From Pseudomonadota bacterium (GTDB lineage Bacteria; Pseudomonadota; Gammaproteobacteria; Steroidobacterales; Steroidobacteraceae), in NCBI GenBank assembly GCA_018241455.1, contig JAFEDW010000001.1, positions 1 through 29,969 of the forward strand: DNA of 29,969 nt, given 5' to 3'. The notes beneath the pieces were generated by a model. That model was not told where the DNA came from, did not search any database, and worked only from the letters and a program-made list of their open reading frames with translations. The position numbers and the translations under genes are program-made. Numbering within the stretch: the first letter of the stretch is position 1; every line of letters begins with the position of its first letter. Of this stretch, positions 17,514 to 25,537 are shown piece after piece.

Positions 17514-19130
17514 ATGGCCTACTCCGCTACCGCCGAATCCCACGAACACCACGATCACAAGCCCTCGGGCCTGTGGCGCTGGCTGTCGACCACGAACCAC
17601 AAGGACATCGGCACGCTGTACCTGATCTTCGCCGGCGTCATGTTCTTCGTCGGCGGCTCGATGGCCATGGTGATCCGCCTCGAGCTGTTCAAGCCGGGCA
17701 TGCAGTTCCTCGATCCGGCGTTCTTCAACTCGATGACCACGGTGCACGCGCTGGCGATGATCTTCGGCGCGGTGATGCCGGCCTGGGTCGGCCTCGCGAA
17801 CTGGATGATCCCGCTGCAGGTGGGCGCGCCCGACATGGCGCTGCCGCGCATGAACAACTTCAGCTTCTGGCTGCTGCCGTTCGCGTTCACGCTGCTGCTG
17901 ATCGGCTTCTTCGTGCCGGGCGGCGCGCCGGCCGGCGGCTGGACGCTGTATCCGCCGCTGGTGCTGCAGGGCGGCGATTCGTTCCCGCTGGCGATCTTCG
18001 CGATCCACCTGATGGGCGCCTCATCGATCATGGGCGCGATCAACGTCATCGTGACGATCATGAACATGCGCGCGCCGGGCATGACGCTGCTGCGCATGCC
18101 GCTGTTCGTGTGGACCTGGCTGATCACCGCCTACCTGTTGATCGCGGTGATGCCGGTACTCGCCGGCGCGGTGACGATGCTGCTGACCGACCATTTCTTC
18201 GGCACCAGCTTCTTCAGCGCTTCGGGCGGCGGTGACCCGGTGATGTTCCAGCACGTGTTCTGGTTCTTTGGGCACCCCGAGGTGTACATCCTGATCCTGC
18301 CGGCCTTCGGCATCGTCTCGGAAGTGATCCCGACTTTCTCGCGCAAGCCGCTGTTCGGCTACGAAGCAATGGTCTACGCGACCGCCTCGATCGCGTTCCT
18401 GTCGTTCATCGTGTGGGCGCACCACATGTTCACGGTCGGCATGCCGCTCGCCGGCGAACTGTTCTTCATGCTCTCGACGATGCTGATCGCGATTCCGACC
18501 GGCGTGAAGGTGTTCAACTGGTCTGCCACGATGTGGAAGGGTTCGCTCACTTTCGAGCCGCCGATGCTGTTCTGCCTCGCGTTCCTGTTCCTGTTCTCGA
18601 TCGGCGGCTTTTCGGGCCTGATGCTCGCGATCGCGCCGGCGGATTTCCAGTACCAGGATACCTATTTCGTCGTCGCGCACTTCCACTACGTGCTGGTGCC
18701 GGGTTCGATCTTCACGATCATCGCGGCGGTGTACTACTGGCTGCCGAAGTGGACCGGCCACATGTACGACATGACGCTGGCGAAGTGGCACTTCTGGCTG
18801 TCGACGATCTTCGTCAACGTGCTGTTCTTCCCGCAGCATTTCCTGGGCCTCGCCGGCATGCCGCGCCGCATTCCCGATTACGCCACGCAGTTCGCCGACT
18901 GGAACATGGTCTCGTCGATCGGCGGCTTCGGCTTCGGGCTCTCGCAGCTGCTGTTCCCGTACATCGTGATCAAGTGCATCCGCGGCGGCGAGAAAGCCGC
19001 GGCCCGCGTCTGGGAAGGCGCGCACGGCCTCGAGTGGGAAGTGCCGTCGCCGGCGCCGTACCACACTTGGGAAACCGCGCCGAGCCTGGCCGTGATCCAC
19101 AGCGGCGGCGAGCACTGGACCGAGGACTGA
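17514..19130 (+). CDS. coxA: Cytochrome c oxidase subunit I, A1 type
   Basis: TNHKDIG, TVHALAMIF, APDMALPRMNN (D-channel Asp), FWFFGHPEVYILILP, WAHHMF, PTGVKVF (K-channel Lys), AHFHYVL. Confidence 0.97.
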   Translation: MAYSATAESHEHHDHKPSGLWRWLSTTNHKDIGTLYLIFAGVMFFVGGSMAMVIRLELFKPGMQFLDPAFFNSMTTVHALAMIFGAVMPAWVGLANWMIPLQVGAPDMALPRMNNFSFWLLPFAFTLLLIGFFVPGGAPAGGWTLYPPLVLQGGDSFPLAIFAIHLMGASSIMGAINVIVTIMNMRAPGMTLLRMPLFVWTWLITAYLLIAVMPVLAGAVTMLLTDHFFGTSFFSASGGGDPVMFQHVFWFFGHPEVYILILPAFGIVSEVIPTFSRKPLFGYEAMVYATASIAFLSFIVWAHHMFTVGMPLAGELFFMLSTMLIAIPTGVKVFNWSATMWKGSLTFEPPMLFCLAFLFLFSIGGFSGLMLAIAPADFQYQDTYFVVAHFHYVLVPGSIFTIIAAVYYWLPKWTGHMYDMTLAKWHFWLSTIFVNVLFFPQHFLGLAGMPRRIPDYATQFADWNMVSSIGGFGFGLSQLLFPYIVIKCIRGGEKAAARVWEGAHGLEWEVPSPAPYHTWETAPSLAVIHSGGEHWTED

Positions 19131-19134
19131 AACC

Positions 19135-19260
19135 GTGAGCGCCGGAGCACCATCGGAGCAGCAGCGGCGCGTGCGCCGCACGACCATCATGCTCGTGCTG
19201 CTGGCGCTCGCGATCTACGTCGGTTTCATCGTGCTGACCGTGCACCGGAGCCACGGGTGA
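19135..19260 (+). CDS. 41-aa single-TM protein, probable small cytochrome oxidase assembly/accessory protein (not in ORF track)
   Basis: GTG...TGA translates [41 protein letters not shown]; basic patch followed by a hydrophobic helix; fills the coxA-ctaG gap and its stop overlaps the ctaG start (GTGA). Confidence 0.78.
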   Translation: MSAGAPSEQQRRVRRTTIMLVLLALAIYVGFIVLTVHRSHG

Positions 19261-19883
19261 AGAACGCCGAGGTGAACGGGCCCGCCGCAAGCGAGCCGGC
19301 CGCGCTCCGGCGCAGCAACCGCTCGCTGACCGGCAAGCTGTGGTTCTTCGTCGCGGGCAGTTTTGCGTTCGGATTCGCGCTCGTGCCGTTGTATCGCGTG
19401 CTGTGCTCGGTCACCGGCTTCGGCGACCAGAAGCTGCTGACCGAGGCGGTGGCGGCGCCGATCAGCGCCGCGAATGCGGCCGAAGGCGCCAACGCGCCGA
19501 CCGCCGCAGGGATCGACCAGTCGCGCACGGTCACGGTCGAATTCATGGCCAACCTGCCGACGGTCGGCAACTGGGAATTCCAGCCGGTGCAGAAGACCCT
19601 GCAGGTGCACCCCGGGCAACTCTACGAGGCGGACTTCATCGCGCACAACCTCACCGGCCACGACACCGTCGCGCAGGCGGTGCCGAACATCGCACCGGGC
19701 GAAGCGGCGAGCTGGTTCCACAAGACGCAATGCTTCTGCTTCTCGCCGCAATCGTTCAAGCGCGACGAGCAGCGCGTGCTGCCGGTACGTTTCTTCATCG
19801 ACCGCGCACTGCCCGCGTATGTCGATCGCGTCACGCTCAGCTACACTTTCTATGACGTCGCAGCAGGCGTCGCCGCCCGCTAG
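19257..19883 (+). CDS. ctaG: Cytochrome c oxidase CuB assembly protein CtaG/Cox11
   Basis: [34 protein letters not shown] copper motif, TLSYTFY. Confidence 0.94.
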   Translation: MKNAEVNGPAASEPAALRRSNRSLTGKLWFFVAGSFAFGFALVPLYRVLCSVTGFGDQKLLTEAVAAPISAANAAEGANAPTAAGIDQSRTVTVEFMANLPTVGNWEFQPVQKTLQVHPGQLYEADFIAHNLTGHDTVAQAVPNIAPGEAASWFHKTQCFCFSPQSFKRDEQRVLPVRFFIDRALPAYVDRVTLSYTFYDVAAGVAAR

Positions 19884-19909
19884 AGACCGGACAATCCCAG
19901 GGAAACATC

Positions 19910-20800
19910 ATGTCGCACTCACACGCCCCGGCCGATTCCAGCAAGTACTACCTGCCGCACGGCACGCCGTGGCCGATCATCGGTTCGGTGGCCTTGTTCA
20001 CGACGATGCTCGGCGTGGCGGCCTGGCTCAATGACTGGTTCGGTCCCGAGGTCTTTGCGCTGGGCCTGGCGCTGCTGGCCGTGATGTTCATCGGTTGGTT
20101 CCGCACCGTCATCAACGAGAACCAGCAGGGCGTGTACAACCTGCACGTCGACCGCTCGTTCCGCATGGGCATGATCTGGTTCATCTTCTCCGAGGTCATG
20201 TTCTTCGCCGCCTTCTTCGGCGCGCTGTTCTATGCGCGCACGCTGTCGGTGCCGTGGATCGGCGGCGAAGGCGTGAAGGTCTTCAACAAGATCTTCCTGT
20301 GGCAGAACTTCGATGCCGGATGGCCGACTAATGGCCCGGCGCACCTCGGACCACGCGCCGATGGCACGTTCGAAGTGATCCCGGCCTTTGGCGTACCGGC
20401 GCTGAACACCGCGATCCTGCTCACCTCGGGCGTCACGATCACGATCGCGCACCATGCGCTGAAGGCCGGCAACCGCGGCGTGCTGAAGGTATTCCTCGCG
20501 CTGACCTTCCTGCTGGGCTTCCTGTTCGTCACGCTGCAGGCGCGCGAATACGGCGAGGCCTACATGCACAAGGGCCTGCAGCTCTCGACCGGTATCTACG
20601 GCTCGACGTTCTTCATGCTGACCGGCTTCCACGGCCTGCACGTGACGATCGGCGCGATCATGCTGACGATCATCTGGCTGCGCACGCTGAACGGGCATTT
20701 CACGCCGACGCGGCATTTCGGCTTCGAAGCCGTGGCCTGGTACTGGCACTTCGTCGACGTGGTCTGGCTGGGCCTGTTCATCTTCGTCTACTGGATCTAG
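19910..20800 (+). CDS. coxC: Cytochrome c oxidase subunit III
   Basis: PWPIIGS, GMIWFIFSEVMFFAAFF, PALNTAILLTSG, FFMLTGFHGLHV, AWYWHFVDVVWLGLF. Confidence 0.96.
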   Translation: MSHSHAPADSSKYYLPHGTPWPIIGSVALFTTMLGVAAWLNDWFGPEVFALGLALLAVMFIGWFRTVINENQQGVYNLHVDRSFRMGMIWFIFSEVMFFAAFFGALFYARTLSVPWIGGEGVKVFNKIFLWQNFDAGWPTNGPAHLGPRADGTFEVIPAFGVPALNTAILLTSGVTITIAHHALKAGNRGVLKVFLALTFLLGFLFVTLQAREYGEAYMHKGLQLSTGIYGSTFFMLTGFHGLHVTIGAIMLTIIWLRTLNGHFTPTRHFGFEAVAWYWHFVDVVWLGLFIFVYWI

Positions 20801-20830
20801 CCGCAAGGCACTGCGGCCCGCGGATCGCCG

Positions 20831-21844
20831 ATGCGCCGTGAACCGACCAGCCGCGCAGGCACCGTGCATCGGCTGACGATCGACAGCGCGCTGCTCGGCG
20901 CGAACCTGGTCGGCGCCCCGGCTTCGCGCATCGTCGATGTCTACGTGCCGCATGGCCAGGATGGCCGCGGACTACCGCTGCTCGTCGACCTGGTCGGCTA
21001 CACCGCCGGCGGGCCGGCGCACACCAACTGGAAGAACTTCGGCGAGAATGCGCCCGAGCGGCTCGATCGCCTGATCGGCGCCGGCGCGATGCCGCCGGTC
21101 GTGGTTGCGTTTCCCGATTGCTTCACGCGGCTCGGCGGCAACCAGTACATCAACAGCGCCGCGCAGGGTCCGTGGGCCGATTTCCTGGTGCGCGAGATGG
21201 TGCCGCGTGTCGAGCGCGACTTCGGCTGCGGCGGCAGCGGGCGCCGCGGCGTGTTCGGCAAGAGCTCGGGGGGCTACGGCGCGATCGTGCACGCGATGCT
21301 GTATCCGGATTTCTGGGCGGCCGCGGCCAGCCACTCGGGCGACATGGGATTCGAGACCTGCTACCTGCCCGGGCTCGTGCGCAGCTTGCGCGAGTTCGCG
21401 CGCGCCGGCGGCATCAAGCCCTGGCTCGAGGAGTTCGAGAAGCGGCCGAAGGTCAAGGACGATGATGTCGAGACGCTCGAGATGCTCGCCATGTGCGCCA
21501 GCTACGATCCGGATCCGGCGGCCTACATGGGTGTGCGCCTGCCGCTCGACCTGGAAACCGCGGAGATCATCCCGGAACGCTGGGCGAATTTCGCGAAATG
21601 GGATCCGCTCAACATCGTGCAGACCCGCGGCCCAGGGCTCAAGGCATTGCGCGCGTTGTACATCGATTGCGGCAACATCGATCAGTTCAACCTCGTCTAC
21701 GGCGCACGCCGGCTGCACCGCGCGCTCGAGCGCCTCGGCGTGGCGCATCGCTACGAGGAATTCCCGGACAACCACTCGAACGTCGACTACCGCATGGACA
21801 TCAGCCTGCCGTTCCTCGCGGCGGCACTGACACCCCGCGGCTGA
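20831..21844 (+). CDS. Alpha/beta-hydrolase of the putative esterase (Fes/enterochelin-esterase-like) family
   Basis: VYVP, VVVAFPDC, GGNQYINS, nucleophile elbow GKSSGG, YIDCG..D, C-terminal EEF.DNH; no signal peptide. Confidence 0.82.
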   Translation: MRREPTSRAGTVHRLTIDSALLGANLVGAPASRIVDVYVPHGQDGRGLPLLVDLVGYTAGGPAHTNWKNFGENAPERLDRLIGAGAMPPVVVAFPDCFTRLGGNQYINSAAQGPWADFLVREMVPRVERDFGCGGSGRRGVFGKSSGGYGAIVHAMLYPDFWAAAASHSGDMGFETCYLPGLVRSLREFARAGGIKPWLEEFEKRPKVKDDDVETLEMLAMCASYDPDPAAYMGVRLPLDLETAEIIPERWANFAKWDPLNIVQTRGPGLKALRALYIDCGNIDQFNLVYGARRLHRALERLGVAHRYEEFPDNHSNVDYRMDISLPFLAAALTPRG

Positions 21845-21865
21845 CCGGGTTAGACTGAACGCATG
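21827..21865 (+). promoter_or_regulatory. Candidate leaderless sigma70 promoter for the molybdoenzyme gene
   Basis: CTGACA (21827-21832) - 18 nt - TAGACT (21851-21856) - 6 nt - ATG (21863); no SD upstream of the ATG. Confidence 0.45.
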
Positions 21866-23887
21866 GCGGAAAAGCCCAGCGTCTGCCCGCTCGACTGCCC
21901 CGACACCTGCAGCCTGACGGTGACCGTGGCCGACGAGCAGATCGTGTCGGTCAAGGGTTCGAAGGCCAATCCGATCACGCGCGGCGCGATCTGCGCCAAG
22001 GTGGCGCGCTTCTATCCCGAGTTCGTGCATGGCCCGAACCGCCTGCGCCATCCGCTGCGCCGCACCGGCGCGAAGGGCGCCGGTGAGTTCACGCGCATCA
22101 CGTGGGCCGCGGCGCTCGATGAGATCCACGCGCGCGTCAATGCGGTGATCGCACGGCACGGGCCGCAGGCCGTGATGCCGCTCAACTACGCCGGCCCGCA
22201 GGGCTTGCTGGCGAGCGATTCCATGTCGCTGCGCTTCTTCCACCAGATGGGCGCGACGCAGCTGCATCGCAGCGCGTTGTGCGGCGGCATCCGCAGCCAG
22301 GCCTATGCCGGCATGTTCGGCGAAGCGCCGGGCACGCCATTGCAGCAGGCGAGCCTGGCGCAGCTGATCATCGTCTGGGGCAACAACGCCACCGCCTGCA
22401 ACCTGCACCTGATGCGCCAGATCAACATGGCCAAGCGCAACGGCGCGAAGCTCGTGGTCATCGATCCGCGGCGCATCAAGGCCGCCGACCAGGCGCATCT
22501 GTTCCTGGCCGTGCGACCGGGGACGGACGTCGTGCTGGCGTTTGCGCTCGCCTGCGAACTCGAGCGACAGGGCGGGCTCGATCGCGCGTTCATCGACGCG
22601 CACGTGCTCGGGTTCGATGCCTACATGGCCGTGGCGCGCGAATATCCGGCCGCGCGCGCCGCGGAGATCTGCGGGCTCGCCGTCGACGACATCGTCCGGC
22701 TGGCGCAGTGGTACCGCGAGGCGACGCCAGCAGTCATCGCCTGGGGCAACGGGCTCGAACGCAACCAGAACGGCGGTTCGGGCATTCGCGCAATCGCCGC
22801 GTTGCCGGCGCTCGCGGGCAAGTTCGGCGTGCCCGGCGGCGGACTGATCGCGGCGGCCGGCAATGCGTATCCGACCACTTCCGATGCGTTGACGCGCCCT
22901 GATCTTGCGCCGCCGAATACGCGCACGCTGAACATCATCGATGTGGGCGGTGCGCTGCTCGACCCGACGCTGGCGCCGCCGATCGACGCGATCTTCATCT
23001 ACAACCACAATCCGCTGATCGTGCATCCGGACCAGAATCGCATGCGCCGCGCGCTGGCCCGCGATGACCTGTTCACCGTCGGAATCGACGTGGCGATGAC
23101 CGACAGCATGCAGTACGCGGACATCGTGCTGCCGGCCTGCAGTCATTTCGAATACGCCGACCTGTACGCGGCGTACGGCCAGCAGTACCTGCAGCGTGCC
23201 GAGCCGGTCATCGCGCCGGTCGACGAAGCGTTGCCGAACACCGAGATCTTCCGCCGCCTCGCCGCGCGCTTCGGCTACACCGGCCCGATATTCACCGCCA
23301 GCGACGCCGAGCTCATCGACGCTGCGGTCGACAGCACTGATCCGCGCATGCGCGGCCTGCGCGGGAGTGAAGTGCCGCTCGATGCGGCGCTCAGCATGGA
23401 ATACCACGGCGCCGAGCCGGTGCTGTTCCGCAACGTGTGGCCGACGACGCCCAGCGGCAAGATCGAACTGCAATCGGCTGAGCTCGCGCGCCTGTACGAT
23501 GCGCCGTTGCCCGGTTTCCGCCCGGTCGGTTCGACGTTTCCGCTGGCGCTGATCACGCCGGCTTCGGACAAGCGCATCACCTCGACGTTTGGCGGGCTCT
23601 CGTTCAATGCCGATACGCCGGTGCTCGAGATGCATCCCGCCGACGCCGCGGGCCGCAATCTCTCCGACGGCGCGCTGGTACGCGTGTGGAACGAACTCGG
23701 CGAAGTGTTCCTGCCGCTGCGCGTCACGACGGCCATGCGCCCGGGCGTGGTGTGTTCGGAGAAGGGCGCGTGGATGCGAACCAGCCGCAACGGCCAGACC
23801 GTGTCGGCGCTCGCGCCGACGCACAAGGCCGATGTCGCCGCCGGCGCCTGCTTTAACGACGCGCGCGTCGACGTCGCGGCGGCTTGA
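21863..23887 (+). CDS. Molybdopterin (bis-MGD) oxidoreductase family protein, single cytoplasmic subunit
   Basis: N-terminal [4Fe-4S] motif CPLDCPDTC...GAICAK, RLRHPLRR, WAAALDEI, WGNN, VVIDPRR, RPGTD, ADIVLPA, C-terminal molydopterin-binding barrel (MHPADAAGRNLSDG, RVWNELG); no Tat signal. Confidence 0.88.
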   Translation: MAEKPSVCPLDCPDTCSLTVTVADEQIVSVKGSKANPITRGAICAKVARFYPEFVHGPNRLRHPLRRTGAKGAGEFTRITWAAALDEIHARVNAVIARHGPQAVMPLNYAGPQGLLASDSMSLRFFHQMGATQLHRSALCGGIRSQAYAGMFGEAPGTPLQQASLAQLIIVWGNNATACNLHLMRQINMAKRNGAKLVVIDPRRIKAADQAHLFLAVRPGTDVVLAFALACELERQGGLDRAFIDAHVLGFDAYMAVAREYPAARAAEICGLAVDDIVRLAQWYREATPAVIAWGNGLERNQNGGSGIRAIAALPALAGKFGVPGGGLIAAAGNAYPTTSDALTRPDLAPPNTRTLNIIDVGGALLDPTLAPPIDAIFIYNHNPLIVHPDQNRMRRALARDDLFTVGIDVAMTDSMQYADIVLPACSHFEYADLYAAYGQQYLQRAEPVIAPVDEALPNTEIFRRLAARFGYTGPIFTASDAELIDAAVDSTDPRMRGLRGSEVPLDAALSMEYHGAEPVLFRNVWPTTPSGKIELQSAELARLYDAPLPGFRPVGSTFPLALITPASDKRITSTFGGLSFNADTPVLEMHPADAAGRNLSDGALVRVWNELGEVFLPLRVTTAMRPGVVCSEKGAWMRTSRNGQTVSALAPTHKADVAAGACFNDARVDVAAA

Positions 23888-23913
23888 AGCGGCCGGGCAA
23901 CCGCTCCAACGCC

Positions 23914-25041
23914 ATGAGAGATCAGGCGGGCTTCGCGGCGAAGAGCCACTATGCCGTCCTCGATGGCCTTCGAGGTGTCGCTGCGCTGGTCGTCGTCGTA
24001 TTCCACGTGTTCGAGACCTTCGCCGACGACAATCGCTTCAGGCAAATCATCAATCACGGCTACCTGGCCGTCGATTTCTTCTTCCTGCTGTCGGGCTTCG
24101 TGGTTGCCTACGCCTATGACGATCGTTGGGGCAGGATGTCGCAGTGGGGGTTCTACAAGCGGCGCTTGATCCGCCTGCAACCGATGGTCGTGATGGGCAG
24201 CCTCATTGGCGCCGCGCTGTTCTATCTGCAGGCGGGCCCGGTTTTTCCGTTGATCTCCACGACACCTCCATGGCAGCTGCTGCTGGTCATGCTGGTGGGC
24301 TGCACGCTGCTGCCGTTGCCCCCGTCCGCGGATATCCGGGGTTGGCAGGAAATGCATCCGCTGAACGGTCCGGCGTGGTCCCTCTTCTATGAGTACATCG
24401 GCAACATTGCCTACGCCACCGTCGTGCGCAGGCTCCCTGATTTCCTGCTGACGCTGCTCGTGTTGGCCTGCGCCATCTTTCTCGTCCAGCTCGCCGTGTT
24501 TGGCGGACACGGCGACCTGATCGGGGGCTGGGCATTGGACCCCAAGGGCCTGCACATCGGATTCGCGCGGCTGCTGTTTCCTTTCTTCGCCGGCGTCCTG
24601 CTGATGCGGCTCGGGACGCGCTTCGTCGTCAGGGGAGCATTCGCGATCTGCAGCCTGCTGCTGCTGCTGGCGCTGTCGCTCCCTCGCTTCGGGGGACCCG
24701 CGCACCTATGGGTCAATGGTCTCTACGAGGCGGTGTGCGTGATCGTGGTATTCCCGCTGATCGTGGCCATCGGCGCCGGCGAGCAGGCGGTCGATGGCGT
24801 GTCGATCAGGATTGCGCGTTTCTTCGGGGATCTCTCGTATCCCCTGTACATCACGCACTATCCTTTGATCTATCTCTACACGGCGTGGGTGGAGCGCGGC
24901 AAAGTGTCGGCTTCCCGGGGCGCTCCATTCGGAGTGCTGCTCGTCATCGCGAGCATCGTGATCGCATATGCCTGCTTCAGGCTCTATGACCTGCCCGTCA
25001 GGCGCGCGCTCGCTGCAAGGTTTCTCGGCAAGGCCGCGTGA
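23914..25041 (+). CDS. Acyltransferase-3 (OafA/YrhL-like) membrane O-acyltransferase
   Basis: LDGLRGVAAL.VV.FH, GYLAVDFFFLLSGFV, RRLIRLQP, NGPAWSLFYEY, GDLSYPLYITH. Start ATG 23914 or TTG 23884. Confidence 0.88.
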   Translation: MRDQAGFAAKSHYAVLDGLRGVAALVVVVFHVFETFADDNRFRQIINHGYLAVDFFFLLSGFVVAYAYDDRWGRMSQWGFYKRRLIRLQPMVVMGSLIGAALFYLQAGPVFPLISTTPPWQLLLVMLVGCTLLPLPPSADIRGWQEMHPLNGPAWSLFYEYIGNIAYATVVRRLPDFLLTLLVLACAIFLVQLAVFGGHGDLIGGWALDPKGLHIGFARLLFPFFAGVLLMRLGTRFVVRGAFAICSLLLLLALSLPRFGGPAHLWVNGLYEAVCVIVVFPLIVAIGAGEQAVDGVSIRIARFFGDLSYPLYITHYPLIYLYTAWVERGKVSASRGAPFGVLLVIASIVIAYACFRLYDLPVRRALAARFLGKAA

Positions 25042-25064
25042 GCCGGATCTTTGCCGGCTGGAAA

Positions 25065-25454
25065 CTATCCCGCGATCAACTCCACCCGCTCGACATCGGG
25101 CGCGGCCTGGTTGTGCAGCTCGGTGTTGAATGACACGAGCACGAACGGACGCGTGCCGGTGTTCTTGAAGGCGTGCGGCACGCCGGGCGGGAACTGGAAG
25201 CGCCACACCTCGCCCGCGGGCACGACCGCTTCGCGCGTCGCCTCGCCGTCGCGGTAACGCACCAGCGCCTCGCCGTACACCGCGGTGACCTCGGTGCCGC
25301 GCAGGTGGCGGTGGTTGCCCCGTACGGCGCCGGGTTCGGTGATGACCGCGTGCACGTTGCGCCAGCCACCGAGGATCTGCGGCTCCAGCGGCTCGAACAC
25401 CGCGCCGCGCGCGTCCGAGTGCACCTTGATGCGCGTGATCGTGACCTTCTGCAT
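25065..25454 (-). CDS. Cupin, FdtA/WxcM-like (dTDP-sugar isomerase/epimerase-like) domain protein
   Basis: HSDARGAVFE, PGAVRGNHRH, PPGVPHAFKN cupin His motifs. Start ATG 25454 or 25469. Confidence 0.72.
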   Translation of the reverse strand: MQKVTITRIKVHSDARGAVFEPLEPQILGGWRNVHAVITEPGAVRGNHRHLRGTEVTAVYGEALVRYRDGEATREAVVPAGEVWRFQFPPGVPHAFKNTGTRPFVLVSFNTELHNQAAPDVERVELIAG

Positions 25455-25537
25455 CGCGCCCCTCGCCATTGGGTGACCCGCTGCAATTATCCGCGATTCT
25501 GGGCCACAATGGGGCATCTCGCCGAAAGGGGTGCACG

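Noticed and set aside
20972-23824. 950-aa minus-strand ORF
   Set aside because: Antisense shadow of the esterase and molybdoenzyme genes; Arg/Ala-rich with no motifs, as expected from stop-codon scarcity in high-GC DNA.
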